Assembly: GCA_002633005.1 (NCBI GenBank)
Contig: NMRA01000725.1
Span: forward strand, 62,001-126,000
Length of the DNA: 64,000 nt
Source: Phoronis australis
Lineage: Eukaryota; Animalia; Phoronida
Direction of reading: 5' to 3'
In this document: positions 26,353-40,600 of the stretch, piece by piece
Position numbering within the stretch: the stretch's first letter is position 1
Layout: each line of letters starts with the position of its first letter
Notes under the pieces: model-generated
The model's input: the letters and a program-made list of their open reading frames with translations, nothing else
Databases searched by the model: none
What the model was told of the DNA's origin: nothing
Made by a program: the position numbers and the translations under genes

Positions 26353-27761
26353 TTGGTAGGCAATTACCATTTTATGAGCGGGTGAGCTTTGGCCAAACAA
26401 ACATTTAACTGTTCGCTGTTCGTTCACCAGTGGCAACTTTGCAGGTCTTGACGTCGGCAACGTTTGTTCAACTATTGAAAGGTGGTAAAATCGAATCAAC
26501 CTACAAATACAAATTGCGTGAAATTAAACCAACGTAAACTTTATGTTAAATTGCTGACGGCGTGGTAAAATCAAACGTAAAATCATATCGCGGAAACATA
26601 ATTTCGAACTCTAGATATGTGACTTCTTATAACTTATGCAACACTATGCTTGGCATTTCTGATAAAGAGCGCTGTCGTGTTAGAAGTTTTTTTTTAGATT
26701 GAGCACCTTTTCAAAAAATTGTAAGTCTTGATAGAGCTGAGCACAGCAGAATTATTCAGCGACTTTAGGACTGAAACTGGACCAAATCTCGCATGGTGAC
26801 TCATTGGAAGGTGCAGAACTCGGGGAGAAGGGCGGGGGCATACAAGCTTGATATTTTTTATTTTGGCGCCATAGTTGCCAGATGTCACTCAGCGTCACGC
26901 ACTACCTTAAGTGGCCAGATAATGCGCTATAAACATCTTTAAACGCTTTGCGCCTTAAAAAGTGCACCTTGGTGTATTTACTTTTAGTTTTTTCGACATT
27001 GCAACCGCTTCACCAAAGATTCAAGCACAAATGCCGCGTAGAGACAAATATCTTTTCACCAAATACTCACATCTTCCCGTTCAAAATTGTTTTATTTGTC
27101 AATATCTTGTTGTCAGAAAATATTTATTTTGAAACGTAAACGACCAAGTGATACTTGTAATTAGCGCAGATTTTAATGTCACCGATGCACTGAAACGAAA
27201 TGCTCAAAGCTAGAATAAAAAATCTCTACGTGGTGCAGCATACATTATATTCATCTGAAACAAGACAACCGCTGTCAAATTCTTGCCAAATTCCATATTT
27301 CAAGATACTTGGTTGCTACAGAACCGCTAGAGGACGCCACAGCACTCAGACATACCCTAAAATTTATGCCAGGCATACTCTTCTCAATAATGTAACACAT
27401 ACATCAAATTGCACCCAGATTCACCAACAGAACTTTGTAAATATTGCGGCGTATATAAACAAACAAATTGCCACTCCGGACGCCTCGGTGATTGCATCCA
27501 TCAGAAAATCTCTCAGTCGTGATCATGTCAATAAGAACACATGACCAAAATTTCAGAACTATCCTCCAAGCAATTTCAAGGACAGAGAGGTGCTGCCAGA
27601 AATAATAATCTTTAGTGGCACAGAATATTTTAAATCTAGCCGAAAATAGCAGTTTATTCTTGTTTCATCAACAGAAACAAATATACACTATTGCACGAAA
27701 ATACATCAAGAAACTTGGTAGATATAGGGGCATACATTTTTGTTTAAATTTTCAATTGGTT

Positions 27762-28090
27762 TTGAGTAAAAGCATTATTTGACAAAAATAGCTCACCTTT
27801 TCTTAAAAGGTCACGACCTCCGACCCCGGGCCTCTGACATAGAAAGTAGTTACAAAACCGAGGCGAGGCGAGAAAGGTAGATCGATACGTTGTAATGTTT
27901 CTCGCTCAGTATGTGGTATATAAATAGATAACTACATGTTCTCAGTCGTTATTCCCCTTATCTAGAGCCCCGTGGATTTTGCAGAATTATCACCCTCGGG
28001 GCTAACTCCCCTCGGGCGATAATTCTCCAAAATCCACTCGGGCGCTAGATAACGGGGGATAATGACTTCGCCATGTAATAGTCTATATTT
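27762..28090 (+). repeat. Interspersed hairpin-containing repeat, copy 1 (copy 2 at 62446-62765)
   Basis: About 320-bp direct match between copies; contains about 120-bp palindrome centred on GGGGCTAACTCCCC. Confidence 0.85.
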
Positions 28091-28539
28091 ATTACGATTT
28101 AGGCCCACATGTTTTGTCGCCTTGTGTGGAATTTTATCATCACAGGCAGGGGTCTGGCTGGAAAAGCACATTGAGCTCTCATAATAGCTAACACTTGAAG
28201 TAGATAAAATTCACAAACTTGGGTTTGAGATTTTTATTAAAGCTCACGGTCCATTGTGAGGTGATGGAAAGTCTTATTTGACTTGGCTATGATTTACGTG
28301 CCGATTCATGTTCTGTCATGTGACTTGAGGGGCCCATTCCGAAGGCGACTGAAGAACAGAGATGTTTGTATCATGATAGGGCGCCTCATCTAAAGCCAGT
28401 CTAAAAGCGGGCTAATTATTCAATTTTACAGGGCCCCACGAGAAGATGGATGAACATTGGGACCTCCGTCAGGGGCAGTGACCAAAGGTAGACAAACAGA
28501 GGCGCACCCTGTACTAATGATGTACTAACAATGTGACAC

Positions 28540-28880
28540 ACTTCGCTCTTCGGCGGCCTTAAAGCAGAGCTTACTATAGACTCTGTACCCCCTTCAAGTG
28601 GGCTGCCTATATTAAAATTGACAGCCTCGCTCTTCGGGTGGGGTCACTCATATTAATATAGGGAGCCTCACCTGAAGGCGGACGGAGAGCGGGCTCATTA
28701 TGTTAATATAGAAAGGCCCCGGTCTCCGGCCGCCTTCCGGCGGGGCCTCCTGTATTAATATTGGCGGCCCTGCTTTTCGACCGCCTTTCGGCGAGGCCCT
28801 TTATAATAATATAGTAACACAGGAGCCTTGCCAAAAAGCGGCCGGAGAGTGGGGCTCACTATGAAAATAAAGGGGGGCCT
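28540..28880. repeat. Array of GC-rich 33-35-bp hairpin units in mixed orientation separated by TATTAATAT
   Basis: Units GAGCC...GGCTC and GGCC...GGCC; unit at 28662 is the approximate reverse complement of unit at 28715. Confidence 0.7.
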
Positions 28881-29100
28881 AGCTTTTAACGCCCGAAATT
28901 CAATTTTTGCCTACGTCATTTTAATAAGAATAAGTCATTTTAAATAGTAAGCTGTTAGTAACAACGTAGCTAGTGGAGATTCCCATTCACGACTGATTGT
29001 AACAATGGAAGCCAGTTGAGTCTCCAAAAAATTTCCGGTTGCAGCTAGCTCAATGTTTTCTGGTGGCACAAAATTTGGCTTCTTTATACTTCAACGCCCC

Positions 29101-31271
29101 GACTTGTCAACGAGACTCATTCTGTTTTCCGAATGTTATTTTTTGGCAATAATCACACGTAGCCCATGTAATCTCAGTAGACATCTCTACTTACGTTCTT
29201 AATCCAAGGAGTGTAGTATATACACTCCTTGCGTATTCGAAGTAATGAATACTTATACTTAAGTATAACGTTTAGCGTAGATTTCTCACAAAATTATCCT
29301 ATATTCAGTAAAGATCTTTTGATAATTTCAGTTTCTTTACCTAGTCTAGTATCCATTTAATGACAACTAGTAGAGAAAGACAACACACTACGGCAAAGCA
29401 CTGAGTAGTTTGCTTATCTGAGAGCCATTCTATATTCCCTTGTAAATGGGTGTTTTTGAGAAAAACATGGTGGTGAGAAAAATGAATCATTTCTCCATCA
29501 CAACATCACAATTTCGAAGTTTTGCAGTCCTAAAAAATGCCAACAAATTTCCATATCAATCATCGGACAAGTGAGAGATCCACATGTACCAAACTGGGAA
29601 AAATGTGAAGACATCTGCAATAAAAACAAAGCACATATTAATAATCATTCATATAACTCCAATAATGGTGTAGAGTCGAGTGCGTATGTTGGCACGTTAA
29701 AGCTCTTTCTGGACCGCTCAGAAATATACATTTTCTTCTTTCATAGAACATGAAATATATGAATATGCTACGTGTTATGGTTCCGATGGCTCAGTGGACT
29801 ATAATATCCACACGCTATTGTAACCTCAAAAATGAAAGCCACATTGGTAGAGCGCTTAATTTCAGTCGCAGTTAGCACTTGAAAAATATCCATGTTTACA
29901 GAATACATCATTGAAAAGGTGGATAAAAGAAGACAGTACTTAGCAACAATTTCAACTTTATTAACACGAAAATCTTTATCAACATTTTGCATTGTNNNNN
30001 NNNNNNNNNNNNNNNNNNNNNNNNNNNNNNNNNNNNNNNNNNNNNNNNNNNNNNNNNNNNNNNNNNNNNNNNNNNNNNNNNNNNNNNNNNNNNNNNNNNN
30101 NNNNNNNNNNNNNNNNNNNNNNNNNNNNNNNNNNNNNNNNNNNNNNNNNNNNNNNNNNNNNNNNNNNNNNNNNNNNNNNNNNNNNNNNNNNNNNNNNNNN
30201 NNNNNNNNNNNNNNNNNNNNNNNNNNNNNNNNNNNNNNNNNNNNNNNNNNNNNNNNNNNNNNNNNNNNNNNNNNNNNNNNNNNNNNNNNNNNNNNNNNNN
30301 NNNNNNNNNNNNNNNNNNNNNNNNNNNNNNNNNNNNNNNNNNNNNNNNNNNNNNNNNNNNNNNNNNNNNNNNNNNGACTTGTCAACGAGACTCATTCTGT
30401 TTTCCGAATGTTATTTTTTGGCAATAATCACACGTAGCCCATGTAATCTCAGTAGACATCTCTACTTACGTTCTTAATCCAAGGAGTGTAGTATATACAC
30501 TCCTTGCGTATTCGAAGTAATGAATACTTATACTTAAGTATAACGTTAAGCGTAGATTTCTCACAAAATTATCCTATATTCAGTAAAGATCTTTTGATAA
30601 TTTCAGTTTCTTTACCTAGTCTAGTATCCATTTAATGACAACTAGTAGAGAAAGACAATACACTACGGCAAAGCACTGAGTAGTTTGCTTATCTGAGAGC
30701 CATTCTATATTCCCTTGTAAATGGGTGTTTTTGAGAAAAACATAGTGGTGAGAAAAATGAATCATTTCTCCATCACAACATCACAATTTCGAAGTTTTGC
30801 AGTCCTAAAAAACGCCAACAAATTTCCATATCAATCATAGGACAAGTGAGAGATCCACATGTACCAAACTGGGAAAAATGTGAAGACATCTGCAATAAAA
30901 AACAAAGCATATATTAATAATCATTCATATATCTCCAATAATGGTGTAGAGTCGAGTGCGTATGTGGGCACGTTAAAGCTTTTTCTAGACCGCTCAGAAA
31001 TATACATTTTCTTCTTTCATAGAACATGAAATATATGAATATGCTACGTGTTATGGTTCCGATGGCTCAGTGAACTATAATATCCACACGCTATTGTCAC
31101 CTCAAAAATGAAAGCCACATTGGTAGAGCGCTTAATTTCAGTCGCAGATAGGACTTGAAAAATATCCATGTTTACAGAATACATCATTGAAAAGGTGGAT
31201 AAAAGAAGACAGTACTTAGCAACAATTTCAACTTTATTAACACGAAAATCTTTATCAACATTTTGCATTGT
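29101..31271. repeat. 895-bp duplication flanking assembly gap (29101-29995 = 30376-31271; N run 29996-30375)
   Basis: Both copies start GACTTGTCAACGAGACTC and end TTTTGCATTGT exactly at the gap edges. Confidence 0.92.
31233..31238 (-). terminator. Candidate polyadenylation signal AATAAA of the LLTP gene
   Basis: About 400 nt after stop, followed by GT/T-rich sequence on minus strand. Confidence 0.5.
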
Positions 31272-31634
31272 TTTACGTTTGATCATGACTGGCAGAGACT
31301 AAGCCAACACGAACGCAATTCATAGATCTTGGATGGAAACATTAAATTCGGTGGTAAAAATGTGCTGCGCAAAGATGGTAACAAAACTAACCAGCGTATG
31401 TGTGCTCCGCTACATCAAAGTAACATGGAAAAACATAAAATCTCGACAACTAACACAAATTTTGAAAAAATAGTCAAGTTTTGGTAATCAAATGTAAGAC
31501 AACTGCATTTTACTATTGCATATCTTGGACATATCAAACTGTACACAATTAAATCTAAGGTTTTCAGTAAAAAGAGATTGTAGAAACATCCGTTTACGAT
31601 CGTTTTGCAGAAATAAATGCACATGTCAGACTGT

Positions 31635-31676
31635 CTAACCCCTTGACTTTCTCGGCTTCTTCTTCACCTTGGCGTC
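31635..31676 (-). CDS. LLTP terminal coding exon DAKVKKKPRKSRG*
   Basis: TTATTTTAG acceptor, phase 0, TAG stop. Confidence 0.65.
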   Translation of the reverse strand, partial: DAKVKKKPRKSRG

Positions 31677-34600
31677 CTAAAATAAGTGAAGACGATGAAG
31701 AAAAGAATACATGGGAAGTTCGAACTTGATGATACAGTATTAATTTTAAGTGTCGTCCATACACAAACTTACCCTTGAACAAGTTACTCCAAGGCTAGGG
31801 GGCTATGTGGACGCTATTTAAACTAGTGCAACTTACACCACTTATGACAACTTACTCCACCTTATCGAGATAGGCTAACTTATTCTACGGTAACTTGCGT
31901 CACTTCTAATAGCCATGTAGCCGCAAACTTGGGGTACGGCAGAAGTAATTAGCACCTGAGGTTACATACAGCCGGGTTTTCTTTTGTGAGCCATACTCTC
32001 ATTAGGTGTTCATTGTAACGTGCAGACCGACAACTTCGGCCTTAGTTTTCGGATATTTGTGTGTGAACGCTCCACTTAAAGCAGGGCAACTCGAACTAGT
32101 GCTAGTTGCTCTTGTGGGGTAGGCTGTGTGTGAACGGGGCATAATAGCGGTTGCTTTTGATACCAATGTTGCTTCAGTCACGTGAATACTGTCTAAGAAT
32201 TGTACGAGACGTCTCCGGCATCAACACGAGTCCATCCAAATTTGTCTCAGAGGCTACCACAGTAGTACCGTAACTCTTGACTTATATAATACACAATATG
32301 GATGTCAAATGTGATTCTTTTTTTGGAGAACATTTTCACAAAAATCAAGACAAGACACTTGTCTGGTATGCTTTGTAGTGTAGAAAGGTCGAAAACAGCG
32401 TTTGATGAATATTATATCATTTGTAGCATTAGGCAACCAGCTTATGAAACATGAAAACTGATAATTTTATCGATTGTTTTTGTGCAAAATAAGTGGAGAA
32501 TTCCTGTTACATACAGTATATTTAAAATATAACACATTGGGTCAGGATTACATGGAAAATAATTGAAACAGTATGTTCAATGTCTTGCAAAATCATGGCA
32601 ATAATTAGGTTACTTATTTAAGTGACAATTCGTTGAACAATTGGTATTGAGTGAGATTCGTTGGTAAGATAGGTCAACTTTTACTTACTGAAGCTGAAAT
32701 CCTATGGGGCTGGGGTTTGTCAGTGCCGCTGTCATCTCCACCTTCTTCAAGTTTGCTCCTCGTGATTTTCTACAGAATGACACATGGTATGATAACAAGC
32801 AAACGGTATTAAATATTTCAGCAGACGCGACATAACTTCAAAACTGATGGAACGCACATTGATTCCATTCCACGAAGTGGCAAACTCTAGAGATAAGTGT
32901 TGTGTGCGTCTGAACTGTCATCATGACTAATGTTTGGACAAATACTAAAGAACAGGCCTTCGACCAATATTCAAGAGTATAAACCACACACTACAGGTAT
33001 ACAACAAACATGTGTAATATCTTAGTACAATTGAAAAAAAAGGTAACTGAATACGACCACCGTCCACTTACAAAGGAATAGTCTTTGAAGATGCTCATCT
33101 CGCAACTGCGGCAGATGGACTTTCCAACACCGAGCTCATCGGCAACACAGTGACAGATCTGGCGTTCAGCTGGTTTGGCTGTGGCGGCAACGCGCTTCGC
33201 GAAGACGGAAATTATTTTCTTTGCGAATATGGAGCTTTTCTTGGCGATCGCGTTGAGGTTGAACATGGAGCCATTGGTCTCGTGAGCGAGTGCCACACAT
33301 AGGTCCTTAGGCACACTGATGTGCTTTCGGAGGCTGGACTCGTCAATAATCTTCTTGTAGGTGTAGATTTTGTTGGTATCAATACCTGCAATATAGAAAG
33401 AGGCAAACATAAATAACACATGCTTAAGAAGAACAGGTAATCAAGCGAGTCTGGACATACTTGATCCTAAAGCTATAGCAACTGTAAGGTAAGGTTTCCA
33501 ACTACCTGTGACTCTATGTCATGTGGCGCTCAAGAGACAAGGTTGGCCTCGAAAGAGAAGACAATTTTTGTCGACATTAACCAACAACAAATTTCTTATT
33601 TCAAAGTTTCTCAAATGTAAAACTGACCATAGTAGTTGTAGCTCTTATTGCCCTTGATGGCGAAGTCATACCCAGCGATCACGTGCAGTTGGATGAGGTT
33701 CTCAATGAGGAGCTGTCGGATCTCACTGTAGCTGACGGAGGCCTCGCCACAGGCGGAGCACGGCAATGTCACGATTACCTTGGCGACACCGGCGCGGAAT
33801 GGGTACATGCTGGCCATGCGAATGGCGCGGATCACGTCATTGTTGGAGCCCCCGCTGCCTATGTCTAGCGTGTTGACACCCTTCTTGAAAAGACGGTACG
33901 TGTTGAACAGCTGACCGTCCATGGTGTGGCTCTGTTCAAAGTCGTGCACTCCCTCACCACCGAAGCCAACTAAGCCGAAATGGTTGTTTATTATTCCTGT
34001 AAATGACAGCATCTTTGCTGAATTTGTCCATAACGTCAATCAAGCACAAATGACGACAGAGGCACTAGTTGTGACCTGAGGGTATTACCTACTATTTCAT
34101 GTGATACCTGATATCTGTCATTCCACGGGTAATGGAAACCTGGTCGCGAAACAGTTGGTTGATTCAAAATGCCGATTAATAAACTTAGAACACCATTTTG
34201 TGCGAGAAAGTAACAACTCAGGTACAGAATTAAATTTGAAAAGTATATAAACGTTGCTTTTCAGACCGGTTTAGTCACAACGTGAAGGGTTTTTGCATTA
34301 AAAATACTGTTATTAACTACTCAAGCAACACTTGTATCTAACCTTGCTTCCTCAGGGCGATGCCAATGTTCTTGACTATGTCCTGCAGTCTCTTGACAGT
34401 CTTTTTGTTGCAAGGCTTCTCTTCAACGACAAGAACAACGTCGGCCGACTTGGGTGACTTGATGGCATCCTTGGAGATGGTGAAGTCTTCGCCTTCGATT
34501 ACAAACTCCTTTTTCTTGTCACCAGTCTCGCACTTGACGCAGTGGCGTGGGTGACGGACATACACATCATATACCGAGCACTCCACGATGTAGTTAGCAG

Positions 34601-37600
34601 CCACATTGCACGCCAGTGTCTCGTCATCAGAGTTCTTCTTGGATGAAGACATATCGTTGCAACACATGGTGTAGTACTTGGATGGGTCGACGACCTTGAA
34701 GCAAGGGCGGAGCGACGATGACTCTTCCTCAAAGAGCGCAGCACATGTGGAGTGAATTTTGCCGCTTCTCATGGGTGTATTGATATTGGCATTGTTCTGG
34801 TGTCTCCTACAACGTAACGCCCAGCTCCTGGTGAATTCTAGTGTGTTCTCTGCCTCACGGTTTTGCACCGTGGTGAAGTCGTTGCTGGGCTCGTTGTCAT
34901 ATGTGCCAAACAGACCAGCTGTTTTGCCGTAGTACCAACCTGTCACGTTGGTAGTGCAGACATCGTGCACGTTGTCGCATGTGACCGTCACACCATTAGT
35001 GTTGTGTACACGAATGGCGTTGCCAATGCGCATGATAGTAGTGTTACCGAACTGCACTGGCATGTCTGTCTTCTTGCCATTGAGGCGAACCTACAGGATG
35101 GAATGAAATTTCAAACAGCGTTGTTTCCTTGTCCACAGATGATATACAAGAGAAACTTTAGAAATGGTGGAACGTGGGACTCCGATCATCCAAGGATGTT
35201 TTGTCATATCATTGAAAAACTTGATCGTTGATAGAAGTTACTGAAAACAACGTATTGATAACACTCAAAAACATTTACACTTCATAAGTTATTCAAAATA
35301 AACTAGCCACCTTGAACACCTAAATATTATTTCACGACACTCACAGTGAAGTATGGCCGCAACTGTACTTCCTTGTCGTCGGTGAGAATGACCAGGGACT
35401 TGCCTCTCTTGGCGTGGTAGTTCACCAAGATAGTGAAGTTGCCATCAATGAAGTCATGGGCCAGGATATAGCTGCACGTTCCCTTAAACTCATAATGGCG
35501 ATGGTCGAAGGTGGTGATGTGCTGTCCAGCAATGGTGGCGTGAGCTGTTGATGTAACGACGAGATGAGGTTTGTTGAGCAGCTAATTGAGTTCGAGAATA
35601 ACATGAACAATACTCTTGCTCTTGAACTGTTCCACTTAAGAGTTGAAACGTTGTTGGTAAATTGGGAATTCGCACCACTGACTGGACTTTACTGTAGTAC
35701 AAAGGCGTGCTCAAAGTATTGGAATTATAAAACTGCTATACTGGGATTGCATTGAAAACTTCAAATTGTTACCATGAGTTGGGCGAGGAAATCTACACCA
35801 GCTCGCAATGCATAGAAACGCCATTGTCACGGTAAACTACATACCCTTGAATGGAGGGATCCAATTCATGTAGTCTCTGGTTGGCTTGTACTGGTACACG
35901 TAATCCATGACGGTGTTCTTGTCGAGGTACATCATGTCCATATTAGGCAGTCTCATTGTCTTCTTCAGCCTCGACGTCTCGACGAGAAAGTTTTCATACT
36001 TGGGCACCGTGACGAACGACTCCCAGGTGAAAGGAAGGCCAACCTCCATTTGGATTTCACCTTGTTTGGGGTTCCAGACGGTGAATCGGGTATCGTCGAA
36101 GCGTAGGTACTCATTGGCAACATCCCTGGCTGTATCCAAGACGTAGCCTTGAACGTCTTTGCAAAGGCTCACTGCAATATCTTGAGCGTGCCGCTCGAGC
36201 TCGTAGTTGTCATAAACCCACTTGCCCTGTAGGTATTGGACAAAGAGCGAACACAACAGTGACTGTCGTAGTGATCATAATACTTGAGAAGTGGCTCGGT
36301 CAAATAATGAAATAAACTGCTATTTGCAATATTGATCACAGCACGAAGTCAACAGTATTGCTCATCATTTTTTACTGTTAAGTTGTTTGAGTCGTGCAAA
36401 TTTGGGACAATCCTACTGATGGCTGAGACCACATTTAAGAATCAACGGCACAAAGTAAGCGTGATCTAAGTCAAAAACACATTCGCTTACAAGTTCGACA
36501 ACGATGATGACAGCCTTCCTCAGAGCTTGGGTATTCATCTTTTGCTGAGCCTTCTGGCGAACGTGGTTGTAGTAGCGTCTGTAGTCAATCTCTGGCATCT
36601 CAGGCAGATACTCTGCGTAGAGATGGTTCAAAATGGCGTGATATTTCTCCAGCAGCTGTTCAACCTTGGCCATGACCTCCTGGTAGTAAGCCGTGGAACG
36701 CAGCTTGGTCATCATATCCTGGAACTTGATATTGGTCTTCTGCATCAGCTTGATTATTTTTTCTGAAGCGATGTTGGGGTATTTCTTACAGGTAATGACA
36801 TAGGGCTTAAGAGCCACAGACGCTTTGATCAAGGCTTCATCCATCATCTCAGCTGCCTTCGCCTTCAGCACCTTAAAACAACAGTGGAAACAGTTCACGA
36901 AAAGCAAGGTTGGATGATGACAGTAGTTGGAGTGGCGGTTACGGCATTTTGAGAGTAAGAGATGGAACTAAAATATTTTCATTATACATACCTTTCAGTT
37001 ATACTGGATACAAATCTTACTATGTTTTAAAAGAAACTGTTCAGTATACTATCCATACAAATATACAAGAACAGAATTTCAGAACCATTTAACATTAGAC
37101 AGGCCTACTGGAAAAGGATAGAGTAAACAATTTTAAAATAAGAATAAGGAGATCTTTTAGTATTTCAAAAAATATTTAAAATCTCTGTATTCTTGGGACA
37201 TTACTTTAAGACACAAAACCTGTACACAGTTACAAGGATTGTGTATCAGGATAATTGAGTGCAGTAGACATACTCGCATAACTTCAGTCATCTGTTCATT
37301 CATTTCCTTGTACAATGTCTCATACAAGGCGACTAATTCCGTAGCCACGTCTTGATGATACTTCTCCAACCTGACTTGACAATGGGCAATGTAATTTCCA
37401 ATAAGTTTTTGCATTTGTCTCGGTATCCTGTGAAATCTTATTCTGAAATCAATTGTAAAGACTTTCACTATAACTTGTGGCGGAAATTGACTAAAAAATT
37501 GAAAATCCTGTAGTTGCACACCTTAAACTACTTTAAACTAAATCCAGAGGTTAGCATTCATCAGTTTTACAGTGCAAAAAACACTGATGCAAGTATCGTT

Positions 37601-40600
37601 ATCAATGTTATCACCATATTTGTATCATAACAGTGAAGTCAAATTTACTTACACGAAAAGACTGCGTTCATACACGACCAAATCGTGGACGTACGCGACA
37701 TAGTCGAGTATGTCGCGAGAGAAGAAGTCGTTGCGCCTGATCATGTGGAAAATCTCGCCAGAAAACTGATTGAAGTCGTCCTCCAAATCTCGCATCTCAC
37801 GGTCCATATCTAACTGTTTGGCGATCTTCTCCACGTCCACAGTGATCTGGTATTGCGTGCGGCGCATTTTTTCACTAGCTTCTTCGGCTACGACGGCGAA
37901 CATGCTTCCTTGGGAAAAGTATACTTTCTCATTCACGGCGTGGTAAGCATCCTGAAGTTAGGAAGTTATAATTACTGCTGCCATCGAAAATGTTTTAGTT
38001 GATATCGGTTTCCCAACCACATAATTATGGTACCGACAGTCTCAGAAAAGTTCTTGCCCAAATTTGTGTTCTAGAGCCAAATATGATGGCTAAAAATAGC
38101 GGAAAGTTTCCTTGATGAATTTCATTCAACATTAAGGCACAATGATTTATTTTACCTTTCGAGGCTAAAAAGAGACCAATTTCCACCACGGCTTCATCAG
38201 CGACAGATAAAAACAAATTTATCCTGTTCCATCCCTAACAGGAATAAATGAAATGGCAATTTGTCAAATCTATCATGACATGGGCTCAATTACCTCGATG
38301 TCAAAGAAAGCGGAAGGTCTCCAGTGTACACGAGTGTGCATCAGTCGACTGTTGTTGAGTCGAGCTGTGAACAGACCTTCAGTCACCTTGTTGCTGTTGT
38401 GTATGCGGTAGACTTCAGCAGTGACAGCAGAGTCATTGTTGAACTTGGCATAGGCATGCAACTGGTTCACTGGGTTTTCTGTATCAATTAGAAAAAGCAA
38501 ATGCAAGTTAAACACAAGCATCATCGTTCCCGTTACATTTACAAGTGAAATGGGTGTCATGGCCCCCTTGGCTCCCCTCAATGACGGCGTTCTGTCGTTC
38601 AGTAACTTTTCCAGACGTGAGGGGTTCTGAACGTGCAATAACATATGACCCCTTTGTTAACTGCCCAGCACATGTCCCGTATGACAAGAAGCACGCCAAT
38701 TATCTCCCAGGCTTCAACGGGTTACTGAAACCTGGCAGAATGGATTTTCTTAACTTCTGTTGCAGTTGGGCGATTTTGATGATTCAAAAACTAAACATGA
38801 TCAGCATTTGACAAGCAAATCGGAAATGCTATTGGTTTATGTTCAAATATACTATAACTTAACTTTCATTTTTAGCAGCACAACCCAGTCAGGCTAGATA
38901 CGATCTGATCGGAGATTAGAGCAATTTTCGAACAAAAGAGAGCCGGCTCTCCAACCATAAATGCCAGAATGGAGTGAATCAGTCGTGTAAGATATTGGGT
39001 ACAAGGGTGATCTTCCCAACTTTGTGTTGGGCTATAGAATCGTACAAGTTGAGAGCAACAGGAAAACGCCGTAATATCTCAATCCAGTGAAGATAGCATC
39101 ACATACTCCAAAAGAAGCTTCAAAAGTTCATATTGGATTAATACGTCGAATCCAGTTTAGAAGATTCATAGTTCATGTTACGTAAATAGATTCGATTAGA
39201 AGGTGATATAGCACTGCGTATCCCAAAAGAAGCTTTAAAAAATCCCTGCAACGCGATACCGAAGCTAGTTTACAATGAAACAACTCGAGTAGGAGAGATA
39301 AAAGGTTATATATATTATGACAAACTAGATTACTACAGATATCGATAAATACAAACGTTACATAATATGTTGAGCTTTAAAGGTGGGAGACAATCTGCCG
39401 GACAAACAGCACTATTGGATCAGGTACAAGGAAGCAATGAAGGTATACAGAAGTGTTGAACCAGAAAAATCAGTAACAATATGCGGAAGCAACGAAGCAA
39501 CACCAGGACAGCGACATGGGAAAATTAAGTAGAAATGAAAGGGAAAAAATTGGTTTGAGGGATGAAGGGAAATAGAAATTGACTGAAAACTCGAAACTAG
39601 AGGAGAATTATGGACGATGGCCCAGTGTTGCGACAAAGCACAGTGATCACGTCGTACAATTAAACCAATAATCATAGAACAAAGAGGGTCACTGACCCGA
39701 GAATCCAAACAATATGATAATGAGGACGAAGCAGTATAGCTTACATAAAATAATTCAATACTTAAAAAGTATTTATATGTGCTAAGTGCAAAGCGATACC
39801 GAAGCTAGTTTAGAGTGAAACAACACGACTAGGCGAGATAAAAGGTCATATATATTATGACAAACTAAACTACAACAGATATCGATAAATACAAAAGTTA
39901 TATAATATGTTGAGCTGTAAAGGTGGGTGAAATCTGCCACAAATGCAACAGAACGATGCATCCACCCACCCAAGGGAAAGCGAGCGACGCTGACAAAAGC
40001 AGCATTGAGTAAAAGGGGCCAAAAGTTAGTGACGAAAATAAGAACAATACTGCCCATGCACTGTCTAATCCATTATCCGGTAACAGCTAACAATTGCCAA
40101 TCTAATTCAAGTTTTTAAATCATGACCTGAAAGATGAAAAAGCCCAATACTCACCAGGATCATAGTTAACCTTCAGGTCAACCAGTCTCTTTTGCAGGTC
40201 AATGTCAAAGGATGATGAGAGAGTCTTTTCATTATAGGTGTTTCTCATCTCCATGTGTATGTTCTTGTACTTCTCTTTGGACAGATCTTTCATCTTAGCC
40301 CAGCTGTACCAATTTGACTGAGGAGTCAATACCTGAAATTTCAAAATCAATTACTTCGTTTTTTCCAAGCTCATGAAAGGCAATTTTCCTGATTAAGGTC
40401 TTACGCAAAACCATCCAATGAAAACGTCAAATTTCCAAAAGACTAAACGAATTTTTACCAACCCGAAGTTCAACTTCATTGCGGAGCTTGTTGATCTTAG
40501 TGTTGAGGAGGAATGACTTTCTCAGGTGAGACCTAGACATAGTGTACCCTATTCCAATGCCAGAAGTCCAGAATCTGTCAGAGGTACCAAGCTGGGTGGT

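Noticed and set aside
26700-27740. Possible Helentron/HINE-like fragments (GGGGCATACA ends, ACCAAAATTTCAG motif)
   Set aside because: Could not define termini or repeat units confidently
28540-28880. CRISPR-like repeat-spacer appearance
   Set aside because: The would-be spacers are homologous to one another, repeats are degenerate, no cas genes, eukaryotic context
29768-30477. ORFs containing X runs
   Set aside because: Artefacts of the 380-N gap
29101-31271. Tandem duplication as real biology
   Set aside because: Copies end exactly at gap edges; typical unmerged contig overlap
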